Positions 58,208 to 64,000 of a stretch of 64,000 bases of DNA are shown here, one piece after another (position 1 is the stretch's first letter; every line of letters begins with the position of its first letter). The stretch spans positions 12,652-76,651 of the IMG/VR virus record IMGVR_UViG_3300013719_000006; one strand, 5' to 3'. The DNA comes from a virus (taxonomy: Duplodnaviria > Caudoviricetes). A program made the position numbers and the translations under genes. The notes beneath the pieces are model-generated. The model ran no database searches. It worked only from the letters and a program-made list of their open reading frames with translations, and was not told the origin of the DNA.

Positions 58208-58357
58208 GTGGATAAAAGCAGGCACCTCAGCCGCACCGAGAAGGCAGTCATCTCCCCTTCTCTGCGTGACAGGCATGAAGGTGGGGCTGTTTGCCTGCCT
58301 GAGGTTGCGCTATACAATGCCGGCAATCGCAAGTCCATTTCCGTAACTGCAAGGTAA
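58208..58357 (+). pseudogene. N C-terminal remnant 2 (possible GTG-started 49-aa mini-N)
   Basis: RTEKAVISPSLRDRHEGGAVCLPEVALYNAGNRKSISVTAR*. Confidence 0.7.
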
Positions 58358-58360
58358 GTC

Positions 58361-58549
58361 ATGAAAAAACTTAAATGCATCCAGTCAAATCAGCATCAGG
58401 CATTTACTGAGGGCAAGATTTACGAAGCCGATGATCGTCTCCGGTTTGTAGTGGGGAATGATGCGGATCAGGAGTCACCCTGGCAGTTAACAGGGATGAA
58501 CGTGAAGATAGACATTGGCATCGTAGCCAAATTTGAAGAGGTCGCTTAG
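58361..58549 (+). CDS. Hypothetical cargo protein E
   Basis: KLKCIQS...FTEGKIYE. Confidence 0.6.
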   Translation: MKKLKCIQSNQHQAFTEGKIYEADDRLRFVVGNDADQESPWQLTGMNVKIDIGIVAKFEEVA

Positions 58550-58560
58550 GCGGCCTTTTT

Positions 58561-58671
58561 TATTGTCTGCGTGACAGGCATGAGAGCACATCGGTATGTC
58601 TGCCGGAGATTGCAATATTTAACGCGGGTTACCGAACCGTCCGGAAGGATGCATCGCACATCATCAAGTAG
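58561..58671 (+). pseudogene. Start-less N C-terminal remnant 3
   Basis: LRDRHESTSVCLPEIAIFNAGYRTVRKDASHIIK*. Confidence 0.75.
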
Positions 58672-58728
58672 CTTCCGGTTTCACCAGCTGGACTTGGATA
58701 CGAATAAATGTGACTCAGGAGGTCGCTA

Positions 58729-59973
58729 ATGGCTTTATCAGCATCAATCATAGTACCCAGCGACATAGCACTGATGGTCCGGGAAGTAGAGCAATCTTAC
58801 TCCTCATATGTCCAAAAATTCCGCATTCCAGATGACCACCTAATTGTTGTGAATTTCTCTGGCGGAAAAGACTCTACGGCAACCCTAGCGATTGCGAATC
58901 ACTTATTTGGTAGCCGGGTTCATAACGTCATGGCAGACACAGACAATGAACATGAGTACACCATCGATTTCGCACAGAAAATACATGAACAGATAGGCTG
59001 TCGACCAACTCAGTTCGTTAAGCGTGTCTATACGGAGAATGACTTCGAAAAGCGTCGTGCTTCCATTAAGAAGAATTGGCCAAAGAGGCAGGCCATAAGA
59101 ATGGGGGCTTACAGAGGGATTGTGATGCCGTCTCTGGCGAACCCGAACACTAAGTTTGCTGATGCATGGAGGAAGTCAGCAAGGAGATGGGGGATAGATT
59201 TTGCGACCCCACTTGATGCTGCACTTTCGGTGCTAAACCCCAGTGGCAACAGCTTTTTAGACGCCGCTTTGCTTCATGGTAAATTCCCGATGCTTCGCGA
59301 TCGCTTTTGCACCGACGAACTGAAAATTAACTCTGTATTCGATCAGGTTATAAACCCAATGCTGAATGAGGGAGAGGTTGTCGTTCAGTGGTCTGGTGTT
59401 AGAGGGGATGAATCTACAAAGAGAGCATCATACGCACGATTTGAGGCCGATCGCCGAGACCCCACCTTTCTCTATAACTTTCTTCCAATCCATAAATGGA
59501 CGGCCGCAGATGTTTTTGCTCTACACAAATACTTCGGCATCAAGCCAAACCCTCTGTATCTGGAAGGTGCGGCACGTGTCGGCTGCATGAACTGCGTGCT
59601 ATGCAACAAAGAAGAGATCGCTCAAACAGCAGCCAGGTACCCACAGCATATAGATAAGCACAGGGACTGGGAGCAAAAGGTCAGGCTTGTTAGTCGCTGG
59701 GTTCACTGGATGAGCGTAGGAACTTTCAGCCAATCATGGATGCGCCAATATTCATTGCCTCTTGGACGTTCAGTGCAGCTCTATGGAAAGAAACCAGCAG
59801 TTCAAAACCTTGACTGGTCGGCATTCTATGGAACACGAGGCGGCATGGGCGCCCCTTCAGTTGATGAAGTTGTGGAATGGGCTAAAACGGGGCGAGGAGG
59901 AAAGGTTTATGACCTCGTTAAAGCAAGCATTGATACTGAAGTTTGCTCATCCAGATACGGTTTGTGTGAATAA
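58729..59973 (+). CDS. PAPS-reductase/DndC-like PP-loop protein
   Basis: FSGGKDS, RFCTDELK, GVRGDES..RA, RVGCMNCVLC, C-terminal CSSRYGLCE; AGGAGG RBS. Confidence 0.85.
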   Translation: MALSASIIVPSDIALMVREVEQSYSSYVQKFRIPDDHLIVVNFSGGKDSTATLAIANHLFGSRVHNVMADTDNEHEYTIDFAQKIHEQIGCRPTQFVKRVYTENDFEKRRASIKKNWPKRQAIRMGAYRGIVMPSLANPNTKFADAWRKSARRWGIDFATPLDAALSVLNPSGNSFLDAALLHGKFPMLRDRFCTDELKINSVFDQVINPMLNEGEVVVQWSGVRGDESTKRASYARFEADRRDPTFLYNFLPIHKWTAADVFALHKYFGIKPNPLYLEGAARVGCMNCVLCNKEEIAQTAARYPQHIDKHRDWEQKVRLVSRWVHWMSVGTFSQSWMRQYSLPLGRSVQLYGKKPAVQNLDWSAFYGTRGGMGAPSVDEVVEWAKTGRGGKVYDLVKASIDTEVCSSRYGLCE

Positions 59974-60009
59974 AGGGTCGCTTAGGCGGCCTTTTTTATT
60001 GGAGGCTCC

Positions 60010-60090
60010 ATGATAAGCACTGGAAATTACATATTCATTTGGTTGGTGACTGGTGTGTTGATGGGGCTGGGGCTTATAGCAGGAGGTTGA
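60010..60090 (+). CDS. 26-aa single-pass membrane peptide
   Basis: MISTGNYIFIWLVTGVLMGLGLIAGG; GGAGG RBS. Confidence 0.5.
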   Translation: MISTGNYIFIWLVTGVLMGLGLIAGG

Positions 60091-60091
60091 T

Positions 60092-60322
60092 ATGAGTAAA
60101 GAGACAGGTGGAGCAGCATTTCCGCTGCCGATGGGAAGTGAAACGGTAGAAGGACAGGAAGGTATGACGCTGCGCGATTACTTCGCAGCCAAGGCAATGA
60201 ATGCCTATATCTCGACGGCGGCAGCGCCTTGCATCGTCGGCGGTCTGGATGGTGCAGAAGATGAACTGGCTAAAGGTGCCTACAAAATGGCCGACGCAAT
60301 GCTGCGTGCTCGGGGCCAGTAA
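60092..60322 (+). CDS. Hypothetical phage protein
   Basis: GMTLRDYFAAKAM...AYKMADAMLRAR. Confidence 0.7.
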   Translation: MSKETGGAAFPLPMGSETVEGQEGMTLRDYFAAKAMNAYISTAAAPCIVGGLDGAEDELAKGAYKMADAMLRARGQ

Positions 60323-60342
60323 CCACTGAACAGGAGAAGAGG

Positions 60343-60549
60343 ATGGAATGGATTAAGTGCAGTGATCGGATGCCAGGCGTTGGGCAGTCGGTTATAGGTT
60401 GGAATGGGTTTGCAATCGTGCAGGTGAAATATCGAAGTAACACTTATGCCAAAACACCAAAAGGTAGATTGCCTCGGTTTGAAAGTAGCACTGGCATTTG
60501 GAACGGATGTACTCACTGGATGCCCCTTCCTGAGCCACCAACTGAGTGA
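60343..60549 (+). CDS. DUF551-family protein
   Basis: WIKCSDRMP...THWMPLPEPP. Confidence 0.75.
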   Translation: MEWIKCSDRMPGVGQSVIGWNGFAIVQVKYRSNTYAKTPKGRLPRFESSTGIWNGCTHWMPLPEPPTE

Positions 60550-60642
60550 CACCGTAAAGCTGTCTGCCTAGACGGCTTTGAGGTGCTACGCACCAACGCT
60601 GAGATTTCAGCAGGATAGATAACCAGAACGTTACATCCTTAT

Positions 60643-60668
60643 GGGAGCCGCAATGGCTCCCTTCTTTT
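60643..60668 (+). terminator. Intrinsic terminator
   Basis: GGGAGCC-GCAAT-GGCTCCC plus T-rich tail. Confidence 0.7.
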
Positions 60669-60707
60669 TGACACCAAACCTAATTCATCAATTCAACGGA
60701 GTTACCC

Positions 60708-60887
60708 ATGCAATTTCAAATGCAGGGGGCTGCCCTCATGGGTGGCTCCAGTTTAAACGCGTATCAGATTAACCAGTTCGCATACAAACTCACCGGCGCT
60801 GACGTGATGTCGTGGAAGCCTAAGAGCCGCTTACAGCAGCTTTGGGAGCGTCTGTTACAGGTCGTATCGCAGGAGGGCAAGCCGTGA
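60708..60887 (+). CDS. CIII-like protein (59 aa)
   Basis: KSRLQQLWERLLQVVSQEGKP amphipathic helix; position before recombination genes. Confidence 0.55.
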   Translation: MQFQMQGAALMGGSSLNAYQINQFAYKLTGADVMSWKPKSRLQQLWERLLQVVSQEGKP

Positions 60888-61024
60888 AGACTCAATCACC
60901 CACCCTGCCTTACCAGAAGCAGCAGGAAGAGTTAGAGCGCCATCGCAAGATGCTGGAGAACTCGAAGGATTTCACATTCATCAACCTGATGCTGAGAAGC
61001 CTTGGCTTGGGAGAGAAGAAATGA
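60884..61024 (+). CDS. Small hypothetical protein
   Basis: GTGA overlap; 46 aa. Confidence 0.5.
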   Translation: MKTQSPTLPYQKQQEELERHRKMLENSKDFTFINLMLRSLGLGEKK

Positions 61025-61332
61025 GACTGAACAGAACAGCCCGGTGTGAGGTGCAGGATATCGCCGACAACCTGCCGGAGAGTGAGCTGGAGTTCATTGC
61101 TGCAGAAGTTGATGCGCGAATGAACCAGCACAAGACTAACCCGTTAATGCCTGCCCTGTGCGCCTTCCTGACGCGGCATTACGACTACCCAGCCATAGAG
61201 ATGTTCGACGAAGACGACGAGCAGCACGAAGCCGCTGAGGCGTTTTTACGTGATGCAATGGTGCGTGTTGCGCGGCGTGAAATGGCGATCGGGATTTACC
61301 GCAACAAACATGGAAATCAGGAGGCGGCGTAA
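61021..61332 (+). CDS. Hypothetical protein
   Basis: 103 aa, coupled to recE. Confidence 0.55.
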   Translation: MRLNRTARCEVQDIADNLPESELEFIAAEVDARMNQHKTNPLMPALCAFLTRHYDYPAIEMFDEDDEQHEAAEAFLRDAMVRVARREMAIGIYRNKHGNQEAA

Positions 61333-62150
61333 TGCAGCCTGGCATCTATTACGACATCAGCAACGAGGATTATCACCGCGGCGCTGGCATCAGCAAATCG
61401 CAGCTGGATGACATCGCAATAAGCCCTGCCATTTACCAGTGGCGAAAACATGCCCCTGTCGATGAGGAAAAAACGGCGGCGCTTGATTTAGGTACCGCCC
61501 TGCACTGCCTTCTGCTGGAGCCTGATGAGTTCAGTAAGCGCTTCCAGATTGGGCCGGAAGTTAATCGCAGGACGACCGCGGGAAAAGAGAAAGAAAAAGA
61601 ATTCATCGAGCGCTGTGAGGCTGAAGGAATCACGCCTATCACGCACGATGACAACAGGAAGTTGAAGCTGATGCGGGACAGCGCTTTGGCCCACCCGATT
61701 GCAAGATGGATGCTCGAAGCTCAGGGAAATGCAGAGGCGAGCATCTACTGGAATGACCGCGACGCCGGCGTTTTATCCCGCTGCCGGCCCGACAAGATAA
61801 TTACCGAATTTAACTGGTGCGTGGACGTGAAAAGCACGGCCGACATCATGAAGTTTCAGAAGGACTTTTACTCATACCGATATCACGTTCAGGACGCCTT
61901 CTACTCAGATGGCTATGAATCGCACTTCCATGAGACCCCCACCTTCGCGTTCCTTGCTGTAAGCACGTCAATTGACTGCGGGCGCTACCCGGTGCAGGTG
62001 TTCATCATGGACCAACAGGCAAAGGATGCCGGGCGGGCTGAGTACAAACGCAATATCCACACTTTCGCAGAATGCCTGTCACGGAATGAATGGCCGGGCA
62101 TCGCAACCCTATCACTGCCCTTTTGGGCGAAGGAGTTAAGGAATGAGTAA
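61332..62150 (+). CDS. recE: RecE-like exonuclease VIII (catalytic domain only)
   Basis: [29 protein letters not shown]. Confidence 0.9.
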   Translation: MQPGIYYDISNEDYHRGAGISKSQLDDIAISPAIYQWRKHAPVDEEKTAALDLGTALHCLLLEPDEFSKRFQIGPEVNRRTTAGKEKEKEFIERCEAEGITPITHDDNRKLKLMRDSALAHPIARWMLEAQGNAEASIYWNDRDAGVLSRCRPDKIITEFNWCVDVKSTADIMKFQKDFYSYRYHVQDAFYSDGYESHFHETPTFAFLAVSTSIDCGRYPVQVFIMDQQAKDAGRAEYKRNIHTFAECLSRNEWPGIATLSLPFWAKELRNE

Positions 62151-62964
62151 CCAGCCACCTATCGCCAGCGCTGACCTGCAGAAGACGCAGCAGAGCAAGC
62201 AGGTTGCCAATAAAACGCCAGAACAGACGCTTGTTGGATTCATGAATCAGCCTGCGATGAAAAGCCAGCTGGCTGCGGCGCTGCCCCGACACATGACAGC
62301 CGATCGCATGATTCGCATTGTCACTACGGAGATTCGCAAAACGCCACAACTGGCGCAGTGCGACCAGAGCAGCTTCATCGGTGCCGTGGTGCAGTGTTCT
62401 CAATTGGGATTAGAACCGGGTAGCGCGCTGGGGCATGCCTACCTGCTTCCGTTCGGCAATGGCCGCTCGAAATCAGGACAGTCTAACGTCCAGCTGATTA
62501 TCGGCTACCGCGGCATGATTGACCTTGCCCGGCGTTCAGGGCAAATCGTCAGCCTGTCTGCCCGGGTGGTTCGTGCAGATGACGAATTCAGTTTCGAGTA
62601 CGGACTGGACGAAAATCTGGTTCACCGCCCGGGTGAAAACGAAGACGCGCCAATCACCCATGTTTACGCTGTAGCGCGCCTGAAGGATGGCGGCACGCAA
62701 TTTGAAGTTATGACCGTTAAGCAGGTGGAAAAGGTCAAGGCGCAGAGCAAGGCATCCTCTAACGGGCCATGGGTCACACACTGGGAAGAGATGGCGAAGA
62801 AGACAGTCATCCGCCGGCTGTTCAAGTACCTGCCGGTCAGTATCGAGATGCAGAAAGCCGTGGTGCTGGATGAGAAGGCCGAAAGCGATGTTGACCAAGA
62901 TAACGCATCAGTTTTGAGCGCTGAGTACAGCGTATTGGAGAGCGGAGATGAAGCAACCAACTGA
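62143..62964 (+). CDS. recT: RecT annealase
   Basis: [18 protein letters not shown]; [17 protein letters not shown]; [15 protein letters not shown]. Confidence 0.95.
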   Translation: MSNQPPIASADLQKTQQSKQVANKTPEQTLVGFMNQPAMKSQLAAALPRHMTADRMIRIVTTEIRKTPQLAQCDQSSFIGAVVQCSQLGLEPGSALGHAYLLPFGNGRSKSGQSNVQLIIGYRGMIDLARRSGQIVSLSARVVRADDEFSFEYGLDENLVHRPGENEDAPITHVYAVARLKDGGTQFEVMTVKQVEKVKAQSKASSNGPWVTHWEEMAKKTVIRRLFKYLPVSIEMQKAVVLDEKAESDVDQDNASVLSAEYSVLESGDEATN

Positions 62965-63106
62965 CGCAATCAGGGTCGGCACTGTAACCATTCCATACAG
63001 CAACCGGTGCCACGGATGGCGCCTTCCCGATGGCTCTATCTGCCATAACCCAATACTGGTTCAACAGGTCGCTGAATACTGCAACGAGCATAAGCGCAAG
63101 CGCTAA
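62948..63106 (+). CDS. DUF1317-family protein
   Basis: [35 protein letters not shown]. Confidence 0.6.
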   Translation: MKQPTDAIRVGTVTIPYSNRCHGWRLPDGSICHNPILVQQVAEYCNEHKRKR

Positions 63107-63155
63107 CTATTTTCGCCGCGGCATTGAGCCTGACAGCGGCATAAGGGGTAAGAGA

Positions 63156-63623
63156 ATGAGCAATTACTACGTTTCAGGATGCGTTGCCGATGGTGACGAT
63201 GTGTCAATCTGCGATGACAGCGTCGCGCAGTTCTGGACGCTGTATCACCGCAATGAAGAAGGCTTGAGCGAAGGCATTATCGACTGCATGTTTCGTGAAG
63301 ATGCTGAGACGGCGATGCGGGTTTATGAGCATCGGGACGCGCTGGCTGCATCATTTGATGAGTTGGCTAAAGCTGTTGGCTGGTCGGTAGAGCAGTGCGA
63401 GCAGACCGGAGAAAGCCCGATGGATGTGGCGGTGTCATTGGTTAACCTCGTTTCCGAACTGGAAAATGATGCCTCAACGGCATGTCAGCTTGAGAAATTA
63501 GCAGGCGCAATGCTCAACCGAACGCTGGATTCCGGCAGTAAACAAACGTTGGCCTATGCAGAATGCGCAGACATGGTTGCTAAGTTCGCCAACCAACTCC
63601 GCGCCGGTAAGGATGGTGAGTGA
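63156..63623 (+). CDS. Ead-like accessory protein
   Basis: MSNYYVSG...FANQLRAGK. Confidence 0.5.
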   Translation: MSNYYVSGCVADGDDVSICDDSVAQFWTLYHRNEEGLSEGIIDCMFREDAETAMRVYEHRDALAASFDELAKAVGWSVEQCEQTGESPMDVAVSLVNLVSELENDASTACQLEKLAGAMLNRTLDSGSKQTLAYAECADMVAKFANQLRAGKDGE

Positions 63624-63805
63624 TGGCTAAATCATCAGATAACAACACGTTCCTGGGAAAGAAATTCGGAGTTAACTCTTCAACGATACTCGCGATCAAA
63701 AGACGGAAAACGTGGAGGCACATTGGTAAAGCAGAATAAATCGGTACGTATGACCCTTTTATTAATCATCGCATTTATCCGCGGTAAGCCGCCAAAGGAG
63801 TAGAT

Positions 63806-64000
63806 ATGGAATCGCCATACATGACATTTGAGGAAACGGCGGCCTTTTTTCGCCGTTCAGTGAAAACTATCCGTAACTGGAACAGCCGTGATCGGCGCAC
63901 AGGTGAAAAGCGCATGTGCGGATTTCCAGACCCCGCACATCACGGGCTGTTCCTGAAAAGCGACATTGAGAAGTTTGGTAAGCTAGTTTGCCACGATTGA
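63806..64000 (+). CDS. Excisionase-like HTH protein
   Basis: YMTFEETAAFFRRSVKTIRNW...FPDP; last pL-operon gene visible. Confidence 0.65.
   Translation: MESPYMTFEETAAFFRRSVKTIRNWNSRDRRTGEKRMCGFPDPAHHGLFLKSDIEKFGKLVCHD

Larger units (their letters stand above)
58540..60001 (+). repeat. 26-bp terminator direct repeat flanking the remnant 3 / PAPS-reductase cassette
   Basis: GGTCGCTTAGGCGGCCTTTTTTATTG at 58540-58565 and 59976-60001. Confidence 0.9.
16488..64000. mobile_element. Prophage 2 (lambdoid siphovirus type, nearly complete; int beyond the window end)
   Basis: Ordered tail, head, lysis, Q, nin, O/helicase, cII-cro-cI-N, RecET and xis modules. Confidence 0.95.

Noticed and set aside
57390-58671. 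Repeats with unique intervening DNA read as a CRISPR-like array
   Set aside because: Repeats are long, degenerate and protein-derived (N C-terminus); spacers are 200-670 nt containing genes; no cas genes.
179-59973. ParB-like protein (prophage 1) and PAPS-reductase-like protein (prophage 2) as an IbrAB-type pair
   Set aside because: They lie 57 kb apart in different prophages; no evidence of linkage.
63623-63802. Two tiny ORFs (38 aa and 17 aa) before the excisionase
   Set aside because: Too short and lacking motifs to support as genes; may be remnants.

Overview
The window comes from an enterobacterial chromosome; SapC and FabI suggest a Pantoea-like host (inference). It holds two lambdoid prophages separated by about 6 kb of core genes (sapC-sapD-sapF-fabI-yciW-LysR). 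Prophage 1 (1-~10625, left part outside the window) contributes its replication, immunity, early-left and integration modules, and is inserted at the sapB/sapC junction. Prophage 2 (~16488 to beyond 64000) is a nearly complete siphovirus-type prophage inserted at the start of the LysR gene. It carries tail, head, lysis, nin, replication, immunity, N and RecET modules, and several morons. Main unexplained structures: (i) downstream of N, three start-less or truncated copies of the N C-terminus alternate with cargo genes and terminators, one cargo being a stand-alone PAPS-reductase/DndC-like enzyme; (ii) two paralogous tRNA-like RNA elements (C4/CI-type architecture), each with a loop complementary to boxes at the RBS of its own HNH endonuclease gene, one under a LexA box; (iii) a long structured RNA leader where prophage 1 would normally carry N. 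Products were assigned by recognising motifs by eye; no database searches were run.
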